NCBI GenBank assembly: GCA_963663165.1
Contig: OY760175.1
Location: 5,952,001-6,016,000, forward strand
DNA length: 64,000 nt
Source of the DNA: an uncultured Desulfospira sp.
GTDB lineage: Bacteria; Desulfobacterota; Desulfobacteria; Desulfobacterales; Desulfobacteraceae
Direction: 5' to 3'
Shown: piece by piece, positions 1 to 9,995 of the stretch
Layout: every line of letters begins with the position of its first letter
Position numbering within the stretch: position 1 is the stretch's first letter
Notes under the pieces: model-generated
Told to the model about the DNA's origin: nothing
What the model saw: only the letters and a program-made list of their open reading frames with translations
Databases searched by the model: none
Made by a program: the position numbers and the translations under genes

Positions 1-964
1 CCAGTTCAAAACCGTTTTCTTTTCTCTGGGTTTTGCTCCAGAACTGGTTGAGCCGTTCAATCAGGTTTTGGGATGCGGTCTGGGCGGCCTTGTCAATGGC
101 TTGGGAATTGCCCTGGTCTTCCATGGTGCTGGTGGCCACTTCCTTGACGCCGAATTGAAAGGCCAGGGCGCCTGACTTGACATCATAGGCGTTGATTTCA
201 ACCATGCCGTCAAAGGCCCGCTGGTCCCCCATGCGGTTAATGGACTCAGATGACTTGACCCGGCCGATGATCACCATGTCGGCATCCAGGGACTCCCCTA
301 GATTGATGGCGGCCTGCTCATCGTAAATGGTGGCAAACTCGACCTTGTAGTTGGCCGGGTCCGGGTGCTGCCCGGGGTCGAGAACCGATTTGAACCGGTT
401 TTCAGCAAGGGTGTTCAACAAAATGGATTCGGCTGCCGAGTGATAGGGCTCAGGGTTTCTGCCCCACCAGTATCGGGGAAGAATCTCCTGGGAAGTCTGT
501 TCGGCAATCAGGAACAGCAGGCTCGGGTTGCTGTGTTCCGTGTTGATGAGCCGGGCTTTGGTCAACCGCTCTTCAAGCAGGTTCAGGCTGACCTGGGATT
601 CCACGCTGACCAGATAGTTTCCGCCGTATGAGGTACCCCCCAGGACTTTGTAGGTAATGATAAACTTATCGGTATCGGCCAGGATATGGTCATGGATGAA
701 CTCAAGGCTTGCGGCCATGGCCTGGCCGGGTATCAATAAGGCAACGGCGTGTTCCACTGCTTTTTCAAGGGCCTGGGATACGGCTTGTTGTTTGGCCCCG
801 GGGATATCCTGTCCGGATATTTCTTTTTCCCCTAAAGTTATAAATTCTTTTTGGCTGTTCTTTTGGGCCAGTACCGCGGGACAATAACAGGTTGTGACCA
901 GGAAAATGGAACCAAGAATCAAAATGATCTGTCTGGTTCTCCAATTATTCAGTGTTCGGACCAT
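1..964 (-). CDS. Secreted protein with FlgT-N-like domain (runs off the window edge)
   Basis: Manual translation from ATG at 964: MVRTLNNWRTRQIILILGSIFLVTTCYCPAVLAQK...AKQQAVSQALEKAVEHAV...LLFLIAEQ. Signal-peptide-like N-terminus; directly downstream of ispB. Absent from the ORF track because it is truncated. Confidence 0.6.
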   Translation of the reverse strand, partial: MVRTLNNWRTRQIILILGSIFLVTTCYCPAVLAQKNSQKEFITLGEKEISGQDIPGAKQQAVSQALEKAVEHAVALLIPGQAMAASLEFIHDHILADTDKFIITYKVLGGTSYGGNYLVSVESQVSLNLLEERLTKARLINTEHSNPSLLFLIAEQTSQEILPRYWWGRNPEPYHSAAESILLNTLAENRFKSVLDPGQHPDPANYKVEFATIYDEQAAINLGESLDADMVIIGRVKSSESINRMGDQRAFDGMVEINAYDVKSGALAFQFGVKEVATSTMEDQGNSQAIDKAAQTASQNLIERLNQFWSKTQRKENGFEL

Positions 965-966
965 TT

Positions 967-1950
967 TTATACCTTTCTTTGAACCGCATAATCAGCAATC
1001 ATTTCCAATAAGGATTTAGAATCACAATTTTCAAAAAGGGCCAGGTTTTCTTTTGCTTTTTTGATATGATCTATTGCCAGGGACTGGGTATATTCGATGC
1101 CCTTGAGATCTGTAATTTTTTGTTTCAAGGTTTCAAATTTGTCCGGATCAAATTCCGGTTCAAAAACAAGTTCCAGCATCTTTTTCCGGTCACCTTGGGA
1201 TGCCTTGGCAAGGCTGTGGATCAGGGGCAGGGTAAGCTTGCCCTCCCGCATGTCTGCACCGGGGTTTTTGCCCAGTTCCTTTGCCGTTGCCGTATAGTCC
1301 AGAAGGTCGTCGGCCATCTGAAAGGCCATGCCGATATGGTAGCCGAACCGCTTTAACGCCTCCTGCCGTTCATGATTCGCCCCGGCAATGAGGGCGCCGC
1401 TCTGGCAGGCCCCCTGGATCAGGACCGCGGTTTTCCTCCGGATAATTTCAAAATAGTCTTCCGGGCTTAAATCCGCCTTTCCTTTGTGGTTGAGCTGGTC
1501 GATTTCCCCCTGGGACATGTCCCGTGTAATGCCCGCAATCACGGAGATTACTCTGGGGTTTTCGGTCCGGGCCGACAGCTCCAGGGCCTTGGCTAAAAGA
1601 AAGTCACCGGTCAGCACCACCTTGGGCGCAGACCATTGGTGATGGGCGGCCACCCGGCCCCGCCGGATGTCGGCTTCATCCACCACATCATCATGGAGAA
1701 GGGTGGCGGCGTGCAGGTATTCAAAAATCGTGGAGAACAGGATTTCAAACCCATTGGCATACCCGCATATTCTGGCACTGTGGATCATGAGCAGCGGACG
1801 AAGCCGCTTTCCCCCGCTGAACAGCAGGTGGGAGGCAATTTGCCTGACCAGATCGAGATGGGGGTCCAGATTTTCGGCCAGGGCCTGCTCCACCTTTTCC
1901 AGATCAGGTGCGGCAATTTCCAGGATTCGGGCCTTTAAATCAGATGTCAT
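967..1950 (-). CDS. ispB: Polyprenyl (octaprenyl) diphosphate synthase
   Basis: GGKRLRP, LLHDDVVD..RRG, KTA, FQMADDLLD, GK..G.D..EGK.TLP motifs. Confidence 0.92.
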   Translation of the reverse strand: MTSDLKARILEIAAPDLEKVEQALAENLDPHLDLVRQIASHLLFSGGKRLRPLLMIHSARICGYANGFEILFSTIFEYLHAATLLHDDVVDEADIRRGRVAAHHQWSAPKVVLTGDFLLAKALELSARTENPRVISVIAGITRDMSQGEIDQLNHKGKADLSPEDYFEIIRRKTAVLIQGACQSGALIAGANHERQEALKRFGYHIGMAFQMADDLLDYTATAKELGKNPGADMREGKLTLPLIHSLAKASQGDRKKMLELVFEPEFDPDKFETLKQKITDLKGIEYTQSLAIDHIKKAKENLALFENCDSKSLLEMIADYAVQRKV

Positions 1951-3284
1951 GCAAGTTCTCCGGCAATGTCATATTCAAAAACATCTGTTATCTTTACATG
2001 AAACCGGGCGCCGATTTCAAGAGCGTTTGCATAAATAAAGGTGACCCCGTCCACTTCAGGGGCCTGGAACATGGTCCGGCCTATGTAGACGCCGGGCTCC
2101 GGGTTCTCCTCCACCATGACCGGGTAGATCCTGTCAAGGTGCTTTTCATTGACCTGCTTTGAAATACCGGCCTGGGCCGCCATGATCCGGTCGTGGCGTT
2201 CTTCGGCCAGTTTTTCAGGGACATAGTTTTTTAATATGTGGGAGGGCAGGTCGTCAGCATCTGAATAAGTGAATACCCCGAGATGGTCGAACTTAATTTC
2301 ATGAATAAAGTCCATGAGCGCTTTGAATTCATCATCTGTTTCCCCGGGGAACCCGACAATGACCGTGGTCCGCAGCGCGGCATCGGGATCAATTTCCCGG
2401 ATCAGTTTGAACAGGTGTGTAAGATCTTTGCGGCCATATGGCCGGCCCATCCGTTTGAGCATTGAAGCGGATGCGTGCTGAATGGGGACATCATAATAAG
2501 AACAGATATTGTCATGGGCCTTGACCGTTTCAATGACGGCCCGGTCAAGGGAGCTTGGATGGGTGTATAAAAAGCGAAGCCAGGCCAAAGGGTCTCTGGC
2601 TGCCATGGTTTCAGCCACGGCCGACAGGACATGGTGAAACCCTGAGTCCTCGGCAAGGTCAAGGCCGTAATCGGTGGTGTTTTCCGCGGTCAGGATGATT
2701 TCCGGTACCCCTCTGGACAGCAGCTGCCCGGCTTCCCGGCAGATATCTGTGACGGGCCTTGACCGCTGCTTTCCCCGAAGTTCGGGGATGATGCAGTAGG
2801 TGCAGTGCCGGCCGCACCCTTCAGAAACCTTAATGTAGGAAAAGTTGTCTAAAGCAGGGGCCCTGGCGATGGAAAGGTCCTGAAAGTGTCTGGCGTTGGG
2901 ATCAGGGAACAGGGTCAGGGGGCCGCGGCTGTTGTTGTTTTCAACAGCCTCCACAATGGCATCGCAGGCCCCGGTTCCCAGAAAGGCGTCCACCTCGGGC
3001 AGGCTTAAAATCAGGTCTTTGTCGGTGCTGTACCGCTGGGCCAGGCAGCCGGTTACGACCAGTCTTGTACAGGTTCCCCGCTCTTTATACCCGGCCATGT
3101 CTAAAATCACATCAACCGCCTCCTGGGAGGCGGTTGATATAAATCCGCAGGTATTGACAACGATGACTTCAGCTGAAGCCGGATCATCCACAGGGGTGTG
3201 GCCGGCATGGATCAGGCGGCCCAGCATAATTTCGCTGTCCACCTGGTTCCGGGAACACCCCAGGGTTTCGATATAGATCTTCAT
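1947..3284 (-). CDS. rimO: Ribosomal protein S12 methylthiotransferase
   Basis: [24 protein letters not shown], radical-[12 protein letters not shown]-terminal TRAM (APEVDG). Confidence 0.95.
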   Translation of the reverse strand: MKIYIETLGCSRNQVDSEIMLGRLIHAGHTPVDDPASAEVIVVNTCGFISTASQEAVDVILDMAGYKERGTCTRLVVTGCLAQRYSTDKDLILSLPEVDAFLGTGACDAIVEAVENNNSRGPLTLFPDPNARHFQDLSIARAPALDNFSYIKVSEGCGRHCTYCIIPELRGKQRSRPVTDICREAGQLLSRGVPEIILTAENTTDYGLDLAEDSGFHHVLSAVAETMAARDPLAWLRFLYTHPSSLDRAVIETVKAHDNICSYYDVPIQHASASMLKRMGRPYGRKDLTHLFKLIREIDPDAALRTTVIVGFPGETDDEFKALMDFIHEIKFDHLGVFTYSDADDLPSHILKNYVPEKLAEERHDRIMAAQAGISKQVNEKHLDRIYPVMVEENPEPGVYIGRTMFQAPEVDGVTFIYANALEIGARFHVKITDVFEYDIAGELA

Positions 3285-5203
3285 ATGGCCTTGGCCATGA
3301 GATCTCCTAAAAGTTTGGAAAACCGGGCCGGATTGTCCAGCTTCCCGCCTTCGCTGATCACGGCCGCATCATAGAGCAGATCGCAGTAGTCCGTCAGCAC
3401 CGGGTTGGTGGTGTCGGTTTCAAACACCTCTTTGATCTTTGTCATGACCGGGTGGCTGATGTTGACTTCCATGGTCCGTTTCTGTTCCGGTGTTTTCTGG
3501 CCCGAGGCCTTCAGGATTTTTTCCATGTAGGCGCTCATGCCCCAGTCATCGCCGGACAGGCAGGATACGGAATCTTTAAGCCGGCTGGATACGGTGACAT
3601 CCTTGACCTTGTCTTCAAGCTTTCCTTTAAGAAAGGAAAGAAGGGCGGAAAATTCATTTTTCTTTTCATCATCCACCTTTGCCAACTCCAGGTCACCTTT
3701 TTCAGCACTCTTGAGTTTCTTTTCCTTGTATTCCGTTAGGGACTGAACCACCCACTCATCAATGGGATCCACCATGAGAAGGACTTCATAATCCTTTTCC
3801 TTCAGGGCTTCGATCAGGGGCGAGTTCATCAGGGAGGTTAAATTCTCTCCGGTCAGATAGTAGATCTCTTTTTGGTCTTCCTTCATGTTTTCAATGTATT
3901 CATCAAGGGAAACCCATTTGTCGCCGGATTTTGTGGTCTTGTACCGAAGCAGGGCGGCAATCCGTTCCTTGTTCTCAAAATCCGTGGGGATACCCGCTTT
4001 TAAGGCCTGGCCGAATTCCACGTAGAATGCTTCGTATTTTTCCTTTTCCATGCCTTCCAGCACGGAAAAGATCTGTTTGACCAGGTTCTTTCTGATGTTT
4101 CTGACCAGCCGGTCTTCCTGGAGGATTTCCCGGCTCACGTTAAGGTTCAGGTCCGGGGCATCCACAACCCCCTGGACAAAGCCTAAGTATTCGGGAAGCA
4201 GTTCTTTGCAGTCATCCATGATGAACACCCGTTTGCAGTAAAGCTGCATCCCGTGCTTTCTTTCGGGCCGGAACAGGTCAAAGGGCGCTTTTTCCGGAAT
4301 GTACATGAGGACATCATATTCCGTGACCCCTTCAAATTTTTTATGGATGGTCTCCATGGGCTTGTCCCAGTTGTGGGAAATATGCTTGTAAAACTCCTCA
4401 TGCTCCTTTTCCGTGACATCGTCTTTGGCCTTGGCCCAGATGGCTTTCATGGAGTTTAAGGTTTCATCTTTTTTAACCTTCCTGTAGGTATCCCCGATGG
4501 GTTTTCCCTTGGAATCCTTGATAATTTCATTTTCAGGGATGGGCTCGCTTTTTTCCACATTCATGATCACGGGGTAGGTGACGAAATCCGAATGCTTTTT
4601 GACAATGTGCTGGATGGTGTAGTCTTCGGTGAAATCCTGGTCGCCTTCCTCCGGGTCTTTGAGGTAAAGGGTGATGGTGGTGCCCCGGCTGTCTTTTTCA
4701 ATTTCTTCAATAGAGTAAGTGCCAAGACCGTCAGATTCCCACCGGGTCCCCTTTTCCTGCCCTGCGGCCCGGGTTTCCAGGCAGACCTTGTCCGCCACGA
4801 TAAAGGCGGAGTAAAATCCCACGCCGAACTGGCCGATGAGTTCCGGGGTCAGGGAGGTTTCATTTTTTGATTTTTCCAGGGCTTCCATAAAGGCCGCCGT
4901 GCCGGACTTGGCAATGGTCCCGATGTTGTCGTTGACTTCATCATAGGTCATGCCGATCCCGTTGTCTGAGATCACAAAGGTTTTTTCCTCGGGGTTCACG
5001 GCCAGGCGGATGTGGTAGTCATTGTCGTCGGCAAACAGTTCAGGCTCGGTCTGCTCTTTGAACTTTGCCTTGTCAATGGCGTCAGATGCATTGGAAATCA
5101 ACTCTCTGACAAAGATTTCCTTGTTGGAATAAAGCGAGTGGATGATCAGGTTCAGCAGCTGCTGAACTTCAGTCTTAAATTCATGTGTTTGCTTGGTTCC
5201 CAT
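3281..5203 (-). CDS. htpG: Chaperone HtpG (Hsp90)
   Basis: [40 protein letters not shown]. Start placed at ATG 5203 ([10 protein letters not shown]) behind a GGAG RBS. Confidence 0.97.
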   Translation of the reverse strand: MGTKQTHEFKTEVQQLLNLIIHSLYSNKEIFVRELISNASDAIDKAKFKEQTEPELFADDNDYHIRLAVNPEEKTFVISDNGIGMTYDEVNDNIGTIAKSGTAAFMEALEKSKNETSLTPELIGQFGVGFYSAFIVADKVCLETRAAGQEKGTRWESDGLGTYSIEEIEKDSRGTTITLYLKDPEEGDQDFTEDYTIQHIVKKHSDFVTYPVIMNVEKSEPIPENEIIKDSKGKPIGDTYRKVKKDETLNSMKAIWAKAKDDVTEKEHEEFYKHISHNWDKPMETIHKKFEGVTEYDVLMYIPEKAPFDLFRPERKHGMQLYCKRVFIMDDCKELLPEYLGFVQGVVDAPDLNLNVSREILQEDRLVRNIRKNLVKQIFSVLEGMEKEKYEAFYVEFGQALKAGIPTDFENKERIAALLRYKTTKSGDKWVSLDEYIENMKEDQKEIYYLTGENLTSLMNSPLIEALKEKDYEVLLMVDPIDEWVVQSLTEYKEKKLKSAEKGDLELAKVDDEKKNEFSALLSFLKGKLEDKVKDVTVSSRLKDSVSCLSGDDWGMSAYMEKILKASGQKTPEQKRTMEVNISHPVMTKIKEVFETDTTNPVLTDYCDLLYDAAVISEGGKLDNPARFSKLLGDLMAKAI

Positions 5204-5243
5204 TTTAACCTTAGCTCCTGTTTTAAATCTGAACAATATTTAC

Positions 5244-5333
5244 ATGAAAGTCTCACTAACATATTGAGAATACTTTCATTATTCATTGTGGGCGGTTCTT
5301 GGCCGGATAACCAAGACGGCCCGTGGCCGTTAT
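5244..5333. repeat. 90-bp structured dispersed repeat, copy A
   Basis: atgaaagtctcactaacat...gtgggcggttcttgg...ataaccaagacggcccgtggccgttat; similar copies at 19496, 50529, 50705, 51713 and 51803. Confidence 0.9.
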
Positions 5334-5741
5334 TGCCGGCCGGAACGTCAACTCCCGGAATGTTTAAGTTTTAAAAAAAAGGCCCTTAAATTTCCAGCTG
5401 CTTTGGCTCCGGCTCAGCCTTAAGTTTTTAAATATAATTGTCGCAAAAAGCAGATTGTCAAGATAAAGGCCGCCCTCAAAAAATGCAGGGAGACCAGAAA
5501 CCGGAGACGGGAGACCGGAATGCGGTTACCCGGGGGAGTCGCGATTTCCGGCCTCCCTTCCTCCGGTTTCCGTTTTTTTCATTGGAATTTACAAACAATA
5601 CCCCAATATCATGCCGGATTGCAAATGCGGCTACCCTGAAAAGAAACTTTTGATTTATTTCCAGGTGTGATCTAATATGACAAAATTTGGAAAGGTTCGC
5701 TTAGATCAACCATTCACCATAATGAGACCCATAGGAATGAT

Positions 5742-6386
5742 ATGAACATCATCGAACAAGGATATCAGATTATCAGCCTGCCGGATGAGCTTTTGGAAAC
5801 TTTGGAGCAGGCCGGACGGACCTGCTATAAATCCGAACACCGGATTACCCCGGAATCCGCTCCCAAATTTGTAAAGATGCTCAGGGACCGTGGCCACCAT
5901 GCCATGATCGAGTTCGGGGATATCATGGTCAAATTTATCACCAACCGGGGGGTGACCCATGAACTGGTCCGCCACCGGCATTGCAGTTTTGCCCAGGAAT
6001 CCACCCGGTATGTGCATTACAAAGGGGACATGGCCTTTATCAAACCGGTTTGGTGTTCAGACAATATTTTAGGCCAGTGGGGACCTGAACCATGGGAAAA
6101 GGAAACCGCCCTTGAACCGAGCGAGCGGTTATGGCTCAAATCCATGAAAAGAGCGGAGCTTGAATATGGCCAGCTGAGCAAAGAAGGCTGGAAGCCCCAG
6201 CAGGCCAGGGAAGTGCTGCCCAATTCGTTGAAAACCGAAATCGTGGTCAAGGCCAATATCCGGGAATGGCGGCATATTTTTTCTCTTCGCTGCGCCAAGG
6301 CGGCCCATCCTCAGATCCGGGCGCTTATGGCCTCTTTTCTTCAAGAGCTTAAGACCCGTCTGCCGGTTGTATTTGATGACATTTAG
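5742..6386 (+). CDS. thyX: FAD-dependent thymidylate synthase
   Basis: ThyX motif RHRHCSFAQESTRY; AREVLP; NIREWRH...LRC. Confidence 0.93.
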   Translation: MNIIEQGYQIISLPDELLETLEQAGRTCYKSEHRITPESAPKFVKMLRDRGHHAMIEFGDIMVKFITNRGVTHELVRHRHCSFAQESTRYVHYKGDMAFIKPVWCSDNILGQWGPEPWEKETALEPSERLWLKSMKRAELEYGQLSKEGWKPQQAREVLPNSLKTEIVVKANIREWRHIFSLRCAKAAHPQIRALMASFLQELKTRLPVVFDDI

Positions 6387-6508
6387 CCGGGCCGCCAGAC
6401 AGGGACTATATTGACTTTAATTTTTTAACGGTGATTGCCTGTTCCTGTCATGGGTAAACAGTTCATGACAGGGCTAATCTGATAATTCAAAATGTAAGGA
6501 GAACCACC

Positions 6509-6754
6509 ATGAAAAAAGGATTGTTTCTGATAGTATTAACGGTGTTTCTAACCGCTTTTCTGGCTTCCTGTGGAAGCTATTATAAGATCACCGAACCCAC
6601 GACCCAGAAAGTCTATTATGCCACAGATATTGACAAAGTGGATTCCGGTGCCGTCAGCTTCAAAGACGAGATCACCCAGAAGAAAGTCACCATTCAAAAC
6701 TCAGAGATTTCCGAAATCTCAAAAGAGGAATTTAATCTCAAGACCGCTAAATAG
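6509..6754 (+). CDS. Small lipoprotein (YgdI/YgdR-like)
   Basis: AGGAG RBS; signal peptide with lipobox LASC; short beta-rich body. Confidence 0.65.
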   Translation: MKKGLFLIVLTVFLTAFLASCGSYYKITEPTTQKVYYATDIDKVDSGAVSFKDEITQKKVTIQNSEISEISKEEFNLKTAK

Positions 6755-6782
6755 AGGACACAGGTTCGCTTAGTTTTCAGCA

Positions 6783-7231
6783 GAAATTACATTCCAGGAT
6801 CTTTTCAATCTCAATGATATTCAGCGCTTTCAGGACCAGTTTGCCGAAGCCACCGGAGTGGCCTCCATCATCACAGACACCAACGGAACACCCATTACCA
6901 GACCCAGTAATTTTTGCCGTCTGTGCAGCCGTATCATTCGGGAGACGAAAAAAGGCCGGATTAATTGTTATAAAAAGGTGAAATAAATGGTGCTTTTGGG
7001 GTTGCCAGGGATATTACCGAAGCCAAAGCCAGAGAAAAAGAACACCTTGACCTTATCAGCCAGCTGCAGCAGGCCCAGAAGATGGAAGCTGTAGGCCGTT
7101 TGGCCGGCGGTGTGGCCCATGATTTTAATAATATGCTGGGCATCATCCGCAGTCATGCAGAACTGGCTCTGGATGAGGTTGACCCGGGGCACGACCTCTT
7201 TGATCATCTCCAGAAAATAAAGAAAAATTAA
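6783..7231 (+). pseudogene. Remnant of a PocR-domain/PAS sensor histidine kinase
   Basis: [41 protein letters not shown] (PocR-like). After a frame change, GVARDITE...[26 protein letters not shown] (PAC + HisKA H-box). No start codon; ends at the mobile-element junction. Confidence 0.8.
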
Positions 7232-7323
7232 TGGTAACTGTTCAGCAGTGCCCCATCTTCGCTCATTCAGGCCTTCTCACATAGCAACAGTATGCTACGA
7301 AGGCCTGACGGGTGCATTCCCAT

Positions 7324-8724
7324 TTAGTGGCCTAAGCAAAGTGACCGAATTTGTATGAAGATATTGTCAGTCAAGATGTTCCACCTCCCGGAAAGGAGCT
7401 GACTCCTTAAGAACAACATTGATTCGGATGTTTCCGGTTTCCAGAATATACCCGGTGATTTCATTCTGAGATTTATAACCCGACGTATTGCACTTTCAAC
7501 ACAGCCGCTGCCAGTAGGTATTTTCAGGCTGCGGAACTGGCGATACTGCATTCTGTTTCGATTTTTCACGAAGTAACTTTTAAATTTGGATAGTGCTTCT
7601 ATGCGCCTTTTAGGGTACGTAATGTGTTTTACAATTTCTTTTCTAAGGTCTTTGAATCTGCCATCCCAAAGGAGGTTCTTCCAAGATTCTGCTATCCGGT
7701 TTCTTTCTTTTATAGGGATTCTCTTTGGCAATTTGTCCACGATTTCATGTAAATTCTGTTTTGCATGGGTGTAGTCGATTACCTCATAATAGGATTCGAT
7801 TTCAAGCCGTTTGGCCAGCGGGCCTGTTCGCTTCCAATAGCTACGTGCACCGTCACAGCAGAAAACAACACGCTTGGCTTTGGGAATATCTAATTCACGC
7901 AAGTAGATCTCAAGAATATCAAAAGCGGCATCAATACCGCCCATTGTGGCATCATAAACCGGCAAGTGTTTTTTGGATATTGTGCCGTCCGGATCGACAA
8001 TATGTATGACAAACTGAATGGGTTCTTTCCATTCAGTATGATATCCCTGCCGCTTTTGGCCTTTTGATTTACGTCCCCGTTTTGGCCTCCGTTCTCGAAG
8101 GCGACCGCCGTCGATACAAACCAGAACCGTTTTGCCACCAACGCGATCAGTATCTCCAAAAGATACCCGGCCACGCAGGGGCATAGCTTCCTGTGCAAGA
8201 TTCATTGTTATGCGGCGTATGGTTTTGACATTTAAGTTGATTGCATGGTTTTCCAGGGATCTTCGGGCAATTTCAAAAGAGGGGCAGAGCAATGCTGCAT
8301 GGACCACCGACGAAGCGAACAGCGTTGAACACCTGCCGATAAAACCAAGGTAATCAAGCCCAAAATGGCGGCCTGTCCCCTTTTGTCGTTTTTTTGTTTT
8401 AGGGCCTGGCCGTTGTTTGGAAACAACTTTTGAAAAGTAAGGGGATCGGATGCTCAGGGTAGTTCCTGTCAATAATCGAATGCTGCTGGGGCGGTATCCG
8501 TTGAAACGCAGTCCCTTTTTACCGGCACCAATTTTCAGTTCAGATAAAAGATCCGGGTCAGACAGTGCCTTTTCAATGACGGGAACCAGAAATGCTTCCA
8601 CAATAATGAAGAGGCCGTTCCGTAACTGCTCACACAGGATATTAGCATTTTGATGGTTTTGGAAATCAGCTACGGCTTTTGTTAGAAGGGTTCGAATATC
8701 CCTTATAGTGGAAGCAAGTTTCAT
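7324..8724 (-). CDS. DDE transposase, ISKra4/ISLre2-like
   Basis: CIDGGR, WKEP, CCDGARSYW, IDYTHAKQ, TGSGCVESAIR...RMK..G..W motifs; the stop codon lies inside the terminal IR. Confidence 0.88.
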   Translation of the reverse strand: MKLASTIRDIRTLLTKAVADFQNHQNANILCEQLRNGLFIIVEAFLVPVIEKALSDPDLLSELKIGAGKKGLRFNGYRPSSIRLLTGTTLSIRSPYFSKVVSKQRPGPKTKKRQKGTGRHFGLDYLGFIGRCSTLFASSVVHAALLCPSFEIARRSLENHAINLNVKTIRRITMNLAQEAMPLRGRVSFGDTDRVGGKTVLVCIDGGRLRERRPKRGRKSKGQKRQGYHTEWKEPIQFVIHIVDPDGTISKKHLPVYDATMGGIDAAFDILEIYLRELDIPKAKRVVFCCDGARSYWKRTGPLAKRLEIESYYEVIDYTHAKQNLHEIVDKLPKRIPIKERNRIAESWKNLLWDGRFKDLRKEIVKHITYPKRRIEALSKFKSYFVKNRNRMQYRQFRSLKIPTGSGCVESAIRRVINLRMKSPGIFWKPETSESMLFLRSQLLSGRWNILTDNIFIQIRSLCLGH

Positions 8725-8781
8725 GATCAGTCCTCGAATTGCAGGTTGAAAAATTACCTGTCATTTCGATGACTGAAACCC

Positions 8782-9654
8782 TCAAGTTTGTGTGCATAGC
8801 TGCTTTTTATAATTGGAAGTCAACGGGTATACATAGATGTCTTTTATCGGCACCTGAAGTCTGTGGTGCCTGTCTTGACGGCTTCGCCCTTTGCTTTGAC
8901 CAATTTTTTGCCAATTTGCCGCCTGGTAGCAAGTTCCGGCAAAGCGTGATCGATCCACGAAAGTTTCTACCAGACAGATATCGTGACCATATTTAGCTGT
9001 CCAGTCCCGGCTCAGCCGCCTAAGACATGAACCCAGAATATGACTGGCAAGATGGGGAATTCGAATCCATGGCAAAATCAAAAATCGGGTATTGTTGGTC
9101 GTCATATGCAGGTTCCTGCGACGAGCCGACCTATCCCAACCGATGAATCGGTCACGAGGGGCCGTTTTCCATGCTGCTGAGCCAAAAAGCAGGCAGGCAA
9201 CCGGACGAGAATTGCGATCAAAAGCCATATACTTCATATGTTCTCCGACATACCCTTTACACCCAAGGTAATGATATCGATCCATAAGGCAATGGAATAA
9301 ATCATCAATATCTCCACGGCCCGATACCGGTATCAATTGTATCGGGCGGATCTTACGCAAAGTGGTTTCTATCGGCTTACAATCATGGGGGACATCGGGA
9401 ATACGCCGCTGACGGTTACCGCTATGACGGGCAACGGGAAGTGTGACCATCCCTTTTTGCTCAAGTTTTCTCAGCATGCTTCGACAGGCCATGTCCTTGA
9501 GCAGACCTTTTTCCGTGCGCCAATCCCAGCGAGCACACAATTCTTTGGATAAACGAGTGCGGTGCCAGGCGGGATTGTCGTTAATCAAATGGCGTATCGT
9601 TTGTATATCAACTTCTGAAAATTCACGTCCTTGAATGGTTAAAGTCCTGCTCAT
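8782..9654 (-). CDS. DUF4338 (DruA-like) domain protein
   Basis: R..LS..LC..W.W, YHYLG, RDRFIGW, NNTRFLILPW...HLASHIL, ETFVD..RF.GTCYQAANW...G..KG motifs. Confidence 0.85.
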   Translation of the reverse strand: MSRTLTIQGREFSEVDIQTIRHLINDNPAWHRTRLSKELCARWDWRTEKGLLKDMACRSMLRKLEQKGMVTLPVARHSGNRQRRIPDVPHDCKPIETTLRKIRPIQLIPVSGRGDIDDLFHCLMDRYHYLGCKGYVGEHMKYMAFDRNSRPVACLLFGSAAWKTAPRDRFIGWDRSARRRNLHMTTNNTRFLILPWIRIPHLASHILGSCLRRLSRDWTAKYGHDICLVETFVDRSRFAGTCYQAANWQKIGQSKGRSRQDRHHRLQVPIKDIYVYPLTSNYKKQLCTQT

Positions 9655-9904
9655 GCAAATCTATATAACCTTTCATGAGCCAGGAGTCCAGCTTTTTTTG
9701 GGAGGGCAGAGTATTCAATGCAGCATGAAAAACGGAAAAATTGGATACATGTCAGTTCATGCCACTAAATGGGATTGCACCCAGGCCTGACTAAACAAAT
9801 ATGAAGCACTGATGAACAGTTACGGACCCTTGTTTTGCTTAGTTTTCAGCATTAGCTGAATAGTTACAATTAATGTTTCGTTATGGGCGAATTTGGGATG
9901 TTGA

Positions 9905-9961
9905 GAGTCAAACCTTGATGATTGTATCTTAACCGTTATTGCAAACATCAAGGTTTGACTC
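9905..9961. repeat. Long hairpin (16-bp perfect stem), REP-like or terminator, downstream of the phosphoesterase gene
   Basis: gagtcaaaccttgatg ... catcaaggtttgactc; the loop resembles that of the 15088-15154 hairpin. Confidence 0.7.
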
Positions 9962-9995
9962 ATTTTTCACAAGGGTGTCTATCCGTTATTCCAAA

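Larger units (their letters stand above)
7310..9782 (-). mobile_element. ISKra4/ISLre2-type insertion sequence with a passenger gene
   Basis: 22-bp terminal IRs gggtgcattcccatttagtggc (7310-7331) and gccactaaatgggattgcaccc (9761-9782), 1 mismatch; 9-bp target duplication aggcctgac (7301-7309, 9783-9791). Confidence 0.9.
7234..9867. mobile_element. MITE-like element (about 152 bp once the nested IS is removed)
   Basis: Ends gtaactgttcagc (7234) and gctgaatagttac (9855-9867); flanked by the 8-bp direct repeat aattaatg (7226-7233, 9868-9875). An extra internal end lies at 9806-9823. Confidence 0.75.

Noticed and set aside
8782..9654. A complete Druantia defence system
   Set aside because: Only the DUF4338 gene is present, inside IS ends; no DruE helicase or other dru genes.
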